Positions 13,323 through 26,067 of a stretch of 64,000 nucleotides of DNA are shown here, in pieces; within the stretch, counting starts at the first letter, position 1; each line of letters starts with the position of its first letter. Origin of the DNA: Octopus sinensis (taxonomy: Eukaryota). The position numbers were made by a program, and so were the translations under genes. The stretch lies in the NCBI RefSeq assembly GCF_006345805.1, contig NC_043000.1:141422001-141486000 (forward strand), written 5' to 3'. Under the pieces are notes generated by a model. It was not told the origin of the DNA. It did not search any database and saw only the letters and a program-made list of their open reading frames with translations.

Positions 13323-13829
13323 TGGTAATGATTCTTCCTACTTGTTGCCAGTGAGACACAAACAATATTGAAAATAAGCATTTATCATTTATATATGTAT
13401 GTATGCCTAATCTTCCGGTATTATTCTTAAAATTTCTCTTCAGTAGAGAATTGCTGGTCTCCTGCTGATTGTATGTAGGCATGTGTCCCTTCTATTTTTT
13501 AATTATTATAAATCTTCCACTGAGAAGGGAGCAGGTTTCCAACAAAGATACAAGGCTCCGTCTTTGAAATGTAGTTAACACAGAGAAATTCACATTTGAA
13601 ACTTGAGAAAAGTCTTGCATATTTTTACTGTTCCACTCACAGATTGCACTTGTAATGTAACGAATTAGACGGTCGATTTCTCTTTCTGAAAGTCACAGTT
13701 TATCCAGAAGTATGTATGTATGGGGAGAATTCACGAAAAAAACAAAAAAAAAAACAAAACAAAAGATGAAGACAGGTGGTGTAGAAAACAAACAGATGTA
13801 TTAGTTTAACGCTCAGGAATTGAAAAAGT

Positions 13830-13866
13830 CTTTTACGTTTCGAGCCTACGCTCTTCCACAGAAAGG
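13830..13866 (-). ncRNA. Variant or degenerate minimal type I hammerhead-like motif
   Basis: cuuu-CUGUGGAA-GAGC guag GCUC-GAAA-CG-UA-aaag; core has A6U plus an extra A. Confidence 0.4.
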
Positions 13867-13936
13867 AACACAGAAAGAAACAAGAGAAAAAAATGTTTGT
13901 AGTAGCTACGTTTGTATGTGTGTATGTATGTATGTA

Positions 13937-14149
13937 AGAAACGTTAGCACGCAGGGTGAAATGCTTAGCGGTATTTCGTCTGCGTTACGTTGTGAGTTCA
14001 AATTCCGCCGAGGTCGACTTTGCCTTTCATCCTTTCGGGGTCGATAAATTAAGTACCAGTTACGCACTGGGGTCGATGTAATCGACTTAATACCTATATC
14101 TGTCCTTGTTTGTCCCCTTTGTGTTTAGCCCCTTGTGGGTAATAAAGAA

Positions 14150-14152
<3 letters not shown>
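13937..14152 (+). mobile_element. SINE family B, 5'-truncated, inside (ATGT)n
   Basis: Match to family B. Confidence 0.85.
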
Positions 14153-14180
<28 letters not shown>

Positions 14181-14432
14181 TGTATGTATGTATGTATGTA
14201 TGTATGTATGTATGCGTGTGTGTGTATGCATTCATGCACATACATGCTTATATGCATGCATGTGTGTGCATAACTATGAAATTTCTATCTATCCAGATGA
14301 CTATTGTTTTGGGTGTCTTTCTATTTGTACCTCTTTCGATTTCTCTCGAAGTTTTCTCTTTCTAAAATCTTACACATCCAATTTAACTTCCTATTGATCA
14401 GTTTGCAGCATTTCTCCCTTAACCTATGTATG

Positions 14433-14464
<32 letters not shown>

Positions 14465-14632
14465 CACACTTTTAAATATATTGATCTCTCTTCTATTCAT
14501 ATACTTCACCCACTTTTTGCTTTGATCTCACAGGTTTTCTTTCTATCGAGATTCTCCTTTCAGTGTATAGTCTTTCGCTGTCCACCTCATCCCACATCTC
14601 TCCCTCTGTTTTTTTTTTCTCTCTCTCTCTAT

Positions 14633-14669
<37 letters not shown>

Positions 14670-15034
14670 CTTGATCTTTTTACTTTCTTATCGTACTTTT
14701 TCACCTCTCTTTTAAGTCTATGGCTATTTAAACAATGACAAGACTTAAGTAGAAAAAGATGTTTGGTTTAGCTAAGATGCCACCTCTTACATAATCACAA
14801 GCTAACGACTCGCATTAGTCCAAGAGTAAATATACTTTTTTACTGTATATGTTGCTGTCATACTTGTTTATCCCTGTCTCTTCCCCCAAGCAGACACTGA
14901 GTCAATGACAATAGATATCTTTGTCACGGACGCAGTGTACAGCGACAACGTATGAACGGCGGACATTCGGCTAGTAGACCGATGCAATAATATTCTGTAC
15001 AACAGAGCTGACTTCCATATCAACTTTATATTTT

Positions 15035-15452
15035 TATTTCTTTTTTGCCCACAGGGGTCTAAACACAGAGTGGACAAACAAGGACAGACAAAGGGATTAA
15101 GTCGGTTACATCGACCCAGTGCGTAACTGGTACTTATTTAATCGACCCAGAAAGGATGAAAGACAAAGTCGACCTCGGCGGAATTTGAACTCAGAACGTA
15201 ACGGCAGACGAAATGCCTATTTCTTTACTACCCACAAGGGGCTAAACACAGAGAGGACAAACAAGGACAGACAAACGGATTAAGTCGATTACAACGACTC
15301 CAGTGCGTAACTGGTACTTAATTTATCGACCCCGAAAGGATGAAAGGCAAAGTCGACGTAGTCGGAATTTGAACTCAGAACGTAACGGCAGACGAAATAC
15401 CGCTAAGCATTTCGCCCGGCATCCTAACGATTCTGCCAGCTCACTGCCCTTA
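15035..15452 (-). mobile_element. SINE family B, dimeric
   Basis: Two body units joined at AAAGAAATAGGCATTTCGTCTG (read on the minus strand near 15205-15230). Confidence 0.88.
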
Positions 15453-17236
15453 TTGCATCTTCATCTTCAAACGCAGCTAAAGTTCAATGAAATAGGTACT
15501 ATGGATTTGTTAGCGCTTATTTTATCTTGAATGGTGCTGATACTTCAGCCTGGAATTTAAAGAGACGATAGGAAATACCTTGTTACTTAATGTCTGCCAT
15601 TCAACCGCTTCTACCATTCGTCAGTATACTCCATAACTGGCTGGAATCTCAACCCGTTCTTTTTTCGTTCATTCAGTAAGCTGGAGTCTTTTAACCAGAT
15701 TTCCATTCCAGAAGCAATCGTTGAGCAGTTCTATAACTGCCACACATTCTTCTTTCTGCCAGGTTGACGCGTACCAATTTGGTTCTGTGTCCCAGATCAA
15801 TCATGATGCTCTTCGATATATGAAACTTCACCTGTAAGGAAATAGGGTTTCCATTACTTTACAACCTTTTCGTCAGAATAACCGTTTTAACTTCTGTCAC
15901 CCAAAGTTTGAATATTAAACATCAACACCTACGAAATTAAATAAAGTCCCAATTTAAGTAAATTAAATGTTAGAGTTAAGATTATAGCTTGAACATTTTG
16001 TTATTCATGGCTTATAATGTTTAACCATTCTTATATCACCAAGAATGTTATACTTTGATAATCAGTGCACTCAACGTATGTAGATAGGATTTCAAGATTA
16101 AAACCCGGAATACTTAGTACATCAGTTCTAGGACGCCCAGACCTAAAGCTACTGATTAACGAACTGCGCAACAATGAAAGGAAGCTGATTGAAGGGGTAA
16201 AATGAAAAGAATAGAAATGCTGATATCTTGCAACAGAAAATACAAATGGTCAAATCGATGGGGGAGAAAAGATTTCTAGTAAAGACATTTTAGTAAGGAT
16301 GATCGGCAAGAATGATCGTTACTCATTTATGTTAAACAGAAAGACTGCAGTGTTTATGCTCAGATGCCACCTCTACAACACAAGGGTATGAAAGTTATTT
16401 GATTGATCTGAATGAAAGAGGTACAACATTGAAATACAGTTGCAATTTGGTCTTTGACTAACTAAACGGAGCATGAGTTCCAACAAGCCCACATGTATAA
16501 CTCTGGTATGTAAAGAGGCCTGGGAAGCTTATAATCACCATTATCTGAAGAAGTGATTAACTGAGGTATAGCTCACAGTGACAGGAAAATTTGCCTTATT
16601 AGAACATGTCAGATTTGTTAAGTTGATGTCAACTGCAATTAGCAGAAGTGAAGGCTTTCCCAGTTATCTTTCTATCTGAAAGTGACCAAGCTTCTGAGAG
16701 AAGATGCTGACAAGTGAGTTGAGCATACTAGATTATTCTTTTAAACATAGAATGAAATTGTTTCATTCAAACAATGAGGTTTCATTTTGCCCTGAGTAGT
16801 ATCGACTGGAAGGTTTAAGTAGGACATTATAAATACCATGCAATATATTGTAGAGAGGATTAACATTAGAGCTCACCTAAGTCGGGCTCTAACTAAATTA
16901 ATTGAAAATATTCACCAACGTTACTCCTCCATTGTTGGTGGCTCTCGAGAGTGCGACCGACAGATATCCTTTCAGATATTCAAGCATTGCATCCAGCAGC
17001 GATATATTCATGGTTTATTACGTGTGTTCTTTTACATAAAATGAAATAATAAATGCGCCCTTTTAAAGCATAGCCAGGCTAATGGGCCCAGTTTCCTGGT
17101 TTCAATGGCGTATGTGTTCCCCAGCTGGACGGGACGCCAGTCCATCACATGAGACTGATATTCCAGTACTGGGTTACATGTTACCAGTAGCACTCAAAAG
17201 TGATCTGACACTAACATACATACATACATACATACA

Positions 17237-17268
<32 letters not shown>

Positions 17269-17270
<2 letters not shown>

Positions 17271-17446
17271 GGCATAGGAGTGGCTGTGTGGTAAGTAGAT
17301 TGCTTAATAAACCACATGGTTCCGGGTTCAGTCCCACTGCGTGGCATCTTGAGCAAGTGTCTTCTAATATAGCCTCGGGCCAACCAAGGCCTTGTGAGTG
17401 GATTTGTTAGACGGAAGCTGAAAGAAGCCTGTTGTATGTATATATC

Positions 17447-17481
<35 letters not shown>

Positions 17482-17690
17482 TTGTGTGTCTGTGTTTCTC
17501 TCCCCAATATCGCTTGACAACTGATGCTGGTGCGTTTACGTCCCCGTAAATTAGCGATTCGGCAATAGAGACTGATAGAATAAGTAATAGGCTTACAAAG
17601 AATAAGTCCTGGGGTCGATTTGCTCGACTAAAGGCGGTGCTCCAGCATAGCCACAGTCAAATGACTGAAACAAGTAAAAGAGTAAAGAGT
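17269..17690 (+). mobile_element. SINE family A
   Basis: Full-length, inside (TACA)n. Confidence 0.9.
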
Positions 17691-18039
17691 ACATACATAC
17701 ATACATACATACGTATATATGTATGCATGTATATATGTCTGTTCTATTTTTTTAATTATTATAAATCTTCCACTGAGGAGGCAAATGGTTTCCAACTAAG
17801 ATACAAGGCTCCATCTTTGGGATGTAGTTAACATAGACAAATTCAAATTTAGAACATGAGAAAAGTCTTGCATATTTTTACTGTTCCACTCACAGATTGC
17901 ACACTTGTGATGTACGAATTAGCTGGTCGATTTTTCTTTCTGAAAATCCCAGTTTATCCAGATGTATGTATGTATGTATGTATGTATGTATGTATGTATG
18001 TATGTATGTATGTATGTATGTATGTATGTACGTACGTAT

Positions 18040-18581
18040 GTCAGGTCACTTTCGAGTGCTACTGGTAACATGTAATCCAGTACAACCTGTTGCATGGTCG
18101 GGTCGTCGTCGACTAAACCGGCAACCCCACCAAGCTTGCTTGGTGAGGAGGGTGTTTATTGGACACCCTGCGGGATGAAAAACAAAACCCGTCAAAGGGC
18201 GGAGAAACTCTTGAGAGTTAACGGCCATCCAATAAATGTCTTAAGGATGTATCATGCGCGGAGACATAGAAATAATCGGACTGAATACTCGATCGCGCGG
18301 TTAAACCATTGGGAGTGAAGGACTCCTAGCCTTTGTTAGGGCATCCTTCTAGGAGAAGGTAACTCAGGTAACTGGAATGACTCCGGCATAAAACCTGCAG
18401 CTCAGTGGTTACCGATGATGTTGACTTGTTCTTCTTTTCGGATTATGGTTGCTGTTGCTTTGTGAGTGGGATTGACTCAGTGCACAGCCTTTCCTCACTT
18501 AAAAAAAACTCTTCTTGCACGATAACAACATTGATTAAGCTTCGTGCAATGGCCATACTCGATAACGAGGGGGCAGCCACC
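18040..18581 (+). mobile_element. Short non-autonomous element resembling RTE 5' UTR plus 3' end, inside (ATGT)n
   Basis: GGGCATCCTTCTAGGAGAAGGTAACTC RTE-UTR-like motif; partial copies at 17165-17210 (-), 20916-21017 (+) and 47773-47915 (-). Confidence 0.6.
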
Positions 18582-19702
18582 ATGTATGTATGTATGTATG
18601 TATGTATGTATGTATGTATGTATGGATGGATGGATGGATGGATGGACATATATATATACATATATATATATATACATTTAGCAGAAGTAACTGAGTGACG
18701 CAATGTCCGAGAGTTTCGTGCGATGAGTAAATACCGTATCGCTGAAAATATACGTAAATTTATATTTTGAGTACTATTTTTCCTGTTTGCACCAGCATAC
18801 CTCTGTGTGAGAGGGGGGTATTTGTGTGTGTGTGCGTGTATGTGTGTGTGTGGATTTCTCTAAAGGTGCGCGAGGACCATTTGTGTTGGCCATCCGAATA
18901 TACTATACTAGTTAATATACTATACTAGTAATTACTAATCCAAAGTTTGGATGTTTAGTCACCTAGCTCTAAGTAATCCGAATTAGTACTGTCATTCAGA
19001 TACCTAATGCTGAAATTATTCAGTTCAAGAAAAGGTCGAGGATGAAGTACTACAGAGGAAAAAAATGAGAAAAAAATGTATGAAGAAAGAATTAATTTTG
19101 AAAGTAACGAAACAAAATATTTTGTATTTCTATTATCTGTGTATGTATATATGTCTATGTATATGAGAGAGAGAGAGAGACAGAGAGAGAGAGTGTGTGT
19201 GTGTGTATGTGTGTGTGTGTGTGTGTTTGTGTGTGGTGTGTGTGTGTGTGTGTGTGTGTCTGTGTGTGTGTGTGCGTGTGTGTATTTGCATGTGTATTCT
19301 ATGTGTATTCTATGTAGGGACGTTTAATATAGAAGCTTCAGAGTAGCCTCCCTTGCAAAAGGAAAGAGTTCTCTCCCTTGCAAACATAATTTTTTAATCT
19401 TTTCTAGTTACTGGATAACGTTTCGTATACTGGCTGCTACAGTAATTCAATGCTTTACCATTAATGCACTTAACTCTCAGTAAGTCCTAAAATATAGTAG
19501 ATAAAAGCCGTATAAAACACTACATTTGGAAACTATGCAGGACTTGTCTTCCTGTTTCTGCAGAACTGTTTTGCCGTAGAATGTTTTACTGTATAGCTAA
19601 TTTCTAGAAATGATTCACGTATGTTTGAAGGCAGAGAGAAGCTTGCTAGTGCTATAATATATTAAGCGCTCAACTGAAAATAATAATGAGAGAGATTATA
19701 TA

Positions 19703-20476
19703 TTTATTTATCGTCCACAGAGGGTTAAACACAAAGGGGACAAACAAAGGGATTAAGTTGATTACATCGCCCCAGTGCGTAACTGGTACTTATTTAATCG
19801 ATCCCGAAAGGATGAAAGGCAAAGTCGACTTCGGCGTAATTTGAACTCAGAACGTAACGGCAGACGAAAAACAACTGAGCATTTCGCCCGGCGTGCTAAC
19901 AATTCTGCGAGCTCGCAGCCTTATAATGAGAGATATTATAGTCTCAGCAAACCTAGACAGTAGGGTGGATTCTGGCAGTTTTTGAGCAGAGAAACCCTTT
20001 TTTCAACAATATCTGAAAGAGCACACGAGTCAGCTAGTAATACAGCAGCAAAGCGATGAAAGTATTAATTATCTTTGCTCGGCTTTTCGGGGATAGCTCT
20101 CTTTTCAACCAGGACAGACAAACGGATTAGGTCGATTATATCGACCCCAGTGCGTAAGTGGTACTTATTTAATCGATCCCGAAAGGATGAAAGGCAAAGT
20201 CGACTTCGGCGTAATTTGAACTCAGAATGTAACGGCAAACGAAAAACAACTGAGCATTTCGCCCGGCGTGCTAACAATTCTGCGAGCTCGCAGCCTTATA
20301 AAGAGAGATATTATAGTCTCAGCAAACCTAGACAGTAGGGTGGATTCTGGCAGTTTTTGATGAGAGAAACTATTTTTTCAACAATATCTGAAAGAGCACA
20401 CGAGTCAGCTAGTAATACAGCAGCAAAGCGATGAAAGTATTAATTATCTTTGCTCGGCTTTTCGGGGATAGCTCTC
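19703..20476. repeat. About 375 bp tandem duplication containing a minus-strand SINE B plus flank
   Basis: 19750-20101 repeated at 20125-20476, nearly identical. Confidence 0.9.
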
Positions 20477-20770
20477 TTTCCAACCATTTCTGACGAAGTA
20501 ACTACGTCAGTCGTTGTCTTGTCCTGTTTCCTCTATACCGAGTGAAACTCTTTAACTTTCTTCACAGTTCAAATGCTCGGTAGTACGAACTTAGCTGCTC
20601 AATCGTTAAGTTTCAAACATACAAAATGTTTCTGCTTAACAATTGTTTCTCGTATAGACCTATACCACATCACCTGGGTGTGAATCACCACGACGATAGC
20701 TTTTAAATAAATCCAATAGTAAGAGAAAATATTCAAAATTACAAATTACTCCAAGATTATGTAAAAGAGT

Positions 20771-20916
20771 AGAGGCGCGTGGCTTAGTGGTTAGGATGTC
20801 AGCATCATGATCGTAAGATTGTGGTCTCGATTCCTGGACCGGCCGACACGTTGTGTTCTTGAGCAAAACACTTCATTTTACGTTGCTCCAGTCCACTCAG
20901 CTGGCAAAAATGAGTA
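20771..20916 (+). mobile_element. SINE family D head (tRNA-like)
   Basis: GGCGCGTGGCTTAGTGGTTAGG A-box, GGTCTCGATTCC B-box, TGTGTTCTTGAGCAAAACACTT conserved-type block. Confidence 0.75.
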
Positions 20917-21465
20917 CTGGAATAACTCCGATATAAAACCTGCGGCTCAGTGGTTACCGATGATGTTGTCTTGTTCTTCCTTTCGGATTATGGCTGCTGT
21001 TGCTTAGTGAGTGGGATGTATGTATGTATGTATGTATGTATGTATGTGTATGTATGTATGTATGTATGTATGTATGTATTATGCATGTATGTATGTATGT
21101 ATGTATGTATGTATGTTTGTATGTATGTATGTATGTATGTATGTATGTATGTATGTATGTATGTATGTATAAAGAAACCAATAAAGGATAAAAATTGTCT
21201 TCCTTAATTTTAAAATGCTTTATTCGCTTATTCAAGAATATTCCTCACTTATGTGTAACAAATTGAAACAAATAAAGATATAAAAAGTGGTCTGTTATAA
21301 CAAAAAGTAAAAAAAAAATTGTTTTCTTAAGACATCCGGTGAATAATTTGCTGTATTGTCTCTTCTTACCCAAGAAGAAATAAAATCCGTTATGTCCACG
21401 GTCTTCAGTTCAATACCACTCGTTGCTGCAATTATGTACACACACTCACTCACACACACACATAC

Positions 21466-21697
21466 TATTTCTTTACTGCCCACAAGGAGCTAAACACAGA
21501 GAGGACAAACAAGGACAGATACACGGATTAAGTCGATTATATCGACCCCAGTGCGTAACTGATACTTATTTAATCGACCCCGAAAGGATAAAAGGCAAAG
21601 TTGACCTTGGCAGAATTTGAACTCAGAACGGAGTTGCAGACGAAATACCGCTAAGCATTTCGCCCGGCGTGCTAACGTTTCTGCCAGCACGCCGTCT
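21466..21697 (-). mobile_element. SINE family B
   Basis: Match to family B. Confidence 0.88.
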
Positions 21698-21771
21698 TTA
21701 CAAACACTTATACTAACGATCACATATACACTCACATGTATACATACGCGCACTCACACATACACACACCT

Positions 21772-21776
21772 ATCTG

Positions 21777-21856
<80 letters not shown>

Positions 21857-21857
21857 A

Positions 21858-21946
<89 letters not shown>
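21772..21946. repeat. (TCTA)n microsatellite
   Basis: Direct reading. Confidence 0.95.
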
Positions 21947-21948
<2 letters not shown>

Positions 21949-22163
21949 CTGTATCTCTCTGCAACTATCTATGCATAAGTATGTGTAAAAGACACTTGCG
22001 GAACAAGCAGCATAGTGGGTCCAAACTCGTAACTATGTACTTTCGATTTGAGTTTCTGAATGGAATGACCCTAGTTGGAACGCCTAAAGCAACAACAAAG
22101 AAAACAGCAACAATGATAATGTCTTTCTAGTTATTTCGCGCAATGCTTATTATAAAATGGTAT

Positions 22164-22367
22164 TCTTTTACCTGTTGCAGTCATTTTACTGCAGCCTTGC
22201 TGGAACACCGCCTTTAGCCGAACAAAACGACCCCAGGACGTATTCTTTGTAATCCTGGTACTTATTCTATCGGTTTCTTTTACCGAACCACCAACTTACG
22301 GGGTCGTAAACACATCAGAATCGGTTATCATATGATGGTGGTGGGGAACAAATACATACACACAAAC

Positions 22368-22400
<33 letters not shown>

Positions 22401-22888
22401 ATTCCAAGAGAGTTAGAGGTGCTGAATCCAACCAACTAAGGCATAATATCTATTCAATATACTGCTGGTAGAATACTCAATTATTAATACACTAGTGTTT
22501 TTTTCATTGCATGGCAATTACACTACTGAATGTAATAAATGAGTCGTTTTACACTTAATTTATACAGTAATAAGAAAATGGAGGGGATCAAGAGGTGGTA
22601 TTCATCAACTTTTAGACATTATATTATGTCTATTTATTTATGTTTGAAAAAAAGAAAAACAATTATAACTGTTTTTTTTTAAATATATAGACATAATACA
22701 ATGTCTAAAAGTTGATGAATACCCCCTCTTGATCCACTCTATTTTCTTATTGCTATATATATATATAGTTTCCGTCTACTAAATCTACTCACAAGACTTT
22801 TTTCGGCCCGTGGCTATAGCAGAAATCTTAGTAGCAGAACCATGTGGTTGGAAAGCAAACTCCTTACCACACTGCCTCGTCTGCGCCT
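22164..22888 (-). mobile_element. SINE family A interrupted by an insertion of about 370 bp in its TA tract
   Basis: 3' half 22164-22370 and 5' half 22767-22888. Confidence 0.8.
22561..22758. repeat. About 200 bp palindrome, MITE-like
   Basis: 22561-22635 is the reverse complement of 22685-22758. Confidence 0.9.
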
Positions 22889-23329
22889 TTAAATAAAATT
22901 TATCATTCTAAATATTCAAGTAGTTTAGAAAGTTGTTTCCCTTATTATACAGCTTTAAATAATATAAGCGAAACCCTTCAGAGTTATTTAACTTGGACTA
23001 TGCTGTTCTTGGTAACACAATGGAACATAATTACAAGCGTTGAACACAAATTCACAAAAGTATAAAAAAAAAATCAAAACAAGTTTATGGGAGGCAACTC
23101 TTATAAAAACTAGGTTTAATTATAAAGTTATTTCCCTTTGATTAAAAATTTTCTTTTAGAAATATGAGCGTAGTTCTCAAAAATATTCATTTATTCATTT
23201 ATTTGTATCATTTCACTTGACTGCAGTCATGCTAGAATTGAATTTTTCCTTAAACGTCAGACGAGAGGGATTGGCCCGCGTCCTTCATAGACCTCGCTCG
23301 GCCGGTAAGACTGATGCTATGAATGTCCC

Positions 23330-23760
23330 TGTTGAACCTTTGTAAGTCAACATCTGGAAGAAAGATATGAAATATAGGAATGGACTACTCGCGGGTGACA
23401 TTCAGGAAAGGAAGTACTTGAAGAAGTGATTAGTCCAAAGTTTAGGGAGAGTGTTAGGCATGAGTAGGATGATGAAAGGAAGAAATACAAGTGAAGGAGG
23501 AGAGCTTGACTGGAGTGATTATGAGGTTAGCTAGCTCTGAAGAACCGAGAGCGTTATAGTCGCAAAAGTAAAGGCCAAATCCTGGAGACAACGTGCCCGT
23601 CTTTTTATTCTAGACGCTCGTTTGATTCTGTCGTGGCTGTTGTCAAGGACCTCTGTATGTTCAGTTACTGCACAAACCCAAATATAAGAGCAATATTCCA
23701 TTGCTGTCCTCACCCCAATTCTGTACAGTATCAATAATTATTGGGACCTGAAGGACTCCT
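23330..23760 (-). mobile_element. Decayed non-LTR LINE 3' fragment (CR1/Jockey/I-type)
   Basis: ILYRIGVRTAMEYCSYIW resembles the post-RT LYKxxIRPxMEYCSxIW motif. Confidence 0.7.
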
Positions 23761-24112
23761 GGCCACGGAGAACATGTCAGTTGTTGGGATGCAGTTGATG
23801 ACAGTGAGACACACTGATTGAAACGATTTTGAGGTTTGTAGCTGAGTGCTGTTGATAACTGAGGGCATAACGGTGATGATGTTTCCTTCATATTTTTCAC
23901 TTTATTTTTTACAGTTGAAGCAGGGAAAACTACCATATCTTCATTGTAGGAACCTTTCGAGCTCTCTGTTCATGGAGACAGAGTATGCTGTGTTTAGATT
24001 GTGAAGAGAAAATGTGTTTAGATTATCATAAGACTGTGAACATAAAATATTATAGAGAAATGAAGGAAGGTGCCGTTTAACATAACGTGGGCGTTTTTAG
24101 ATGGAAGAAACC

Positions 24113-24346
24113 TATTTCTTTATTACCCACAAGGGGCCAAACATAGAGGGGACAAACAAGGACAGACATAGGTATTAAGTCGATTACATCGACCCCAGTG
24201 CGTAACTGGTACTTAATTTATCGACCCCGAAAGGATGAAAGGCAAAGTCAACCTCGGCGGAATTTGAACTCACAACGTAACGACAAGCGAAATACCGTTA
24301 AGCATTTCGCCCGGCGTGCTAACGTTTCTGCCAGCTCGCCGCCTTT
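24113..24346 (-). mobile_element. SINE family B with 13 bp TSD
   Basis: TSD GATGGAAGAAACC at 24100-24112 and 24347-24359. Confidence 0.92.
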
Positions 24347-25099
24347 GATGGAAGAAACCGTTTCACCTCTGCACAAAAATAATTGGCTGTTGTTTGAAGG
24401 CCGTATAGTTTGAGGGCTTTAACATGCCTGGTATGATAATTGCTGTTGTCATTGTTCTGTGTTTAAGCACTTCTTCATTCCTTTGTAAGCAATATTGTCT
24501 CAAGCATTCTAGCCATAACCACCCTGTGATTAATTATTTTTATGTGGTAATATACCTAGGGCAGATTTATGTAGTATACACTTCCAATTTTGGGACAATA
24601 TGCGGTTTTAAGAAAATTTTGGCAGATATTTCTGGCAAATATGGGCAGTTCACGACACCTGTGAAGACGGCAGTTTATGTAAATTTTCTCGTTTACATAA
24701 CTTGTTTGTCTGTGTAAGCATACACAAGTGCGTGCGCGCACACACACACATCCACACTCGCACGCGCACGTATGTATGCGAGTATGTATCTATGCATGTG
24801 CGCCTGTGTATCTCAGTGTGCGTGTATGTGTGTATGTGGGGTGCGTGTATGGATGTGTCGGTGCGTATTCGTAGTTCTATGCGTGATAGTTGCATCTACT
24901 TTCTTCTTGTGGTAAGTGTGTGCGGTTACAGACTTTGTGTGATTCCCTGGCAGTCATACGCTAGTCATCGGCGACATGATGCGAACTGATGTTTGTCGCA
25001 TACTTATTTTGTATTCTGTCTGTTAGTCCATTCAAGCCGTCTGCGTACGTAGGCTCACGTACAACTCTTAAACAGAAACAAAGATATATTTACACACAC

Positions 25100-26067
25100 A
25101 AGGCGGCGAGCTGGCAGAAACGTTAGCACGCTGGGCGAAATGCTTAGCGGTATTTCGTCTGTCGCTACGTTCTGAGTTCAAATTCCACCGAGGTCGACTT
25201 TGCCTTTCATCCTTTCGGGGTTGATAAATAAAGTACCAGTTACGCACTGGGGTCGATGTAATCGACTTAATCCCTTTGTCTGTCCTTGTTTGTCCCCTCT
25301 ATGTTTAGCCCCTTGTGGGTAATAAAGAAATAGGTATTTCGTCTGTCGCTACGTTCTGAGTTCAAATTCCGCCGAGGTCGACCTTTGCCTTTCATCCTTT
25401 CGGGGTTGATGAATAAAGTACCAGTTACGCACTGGGGTCGATGTAATCGACTTAATCCCTTTGTCTGTCCTTGTTTGTCCCCTCTATGTTTAGCCCCTTG
25501 TGGGTAATAAAGAAATAGGTATTTCGTCTGTCGCTACGTTCTGAGTTCAAATTCCGCCGAGGTCGACTTTGCCTTTCATCCTTTCGGGGTTGATAAATAA
25601 AGTACCAGTTACGCACTGGGGTCGATGTAATCGACTTAATCCCTTTGTCTGTCCTTGTTTGTCCCCTCTATGTTTAGCCCCTTGTGGGTAATAAAGAAAT
25701 AGGTATTTCGTCTGTCGCTACGTTCTGAGTTCAAATTCCGCCGAGGTCGACCTTTGCCTTTCATCCTTTCGGGGTTGATGAATAAAGTACCAGTTACGCA
25801 CTGGGGTCGATGTAATCGACTAATCCCTTTGTCTGTCCTTGTTTGTCACCTCTATGTTTAGCCCCTTGTGGGTAATAAGAAATAGGTATTTCGTCTGTCG
25901 CTACGTTCTGAGTTCAATTCCGCCGAGGTCGACTTTGCCTTTCATCCTTTCGGGGTTGATAAATAAAGTACCAGTTACGCACTGGGGTCGATGTAATCGA
26001 CTTAATCCCTTTGTCTGTCCTTGTTTGTCCCCTCTATGTTTAGCCCCTTGTGGGCAATAAAGAAATA
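25100..26067 (+). mobile_element. SINE family B pentamer (one head plus five units of about 184 bp)
   Basis: Units start at 25149, 25333, 25518, 25702 and 25885; flanking TTTACACACACAA direct repeat. Confidence 0.93.

Noticed and set aside
16838-17044. Possible CRE-clade non-LTR C-terminus
   Set aside because: Only faint resemblance to FQRISIAIQRGN; too decayed to support
25149-26067. CRISPR array or retrozyme interpretation of the 184 bp tandem
   Set aside because: No unique spacers, eukaryotic context, and no CUGANGA core on either strand of the unit
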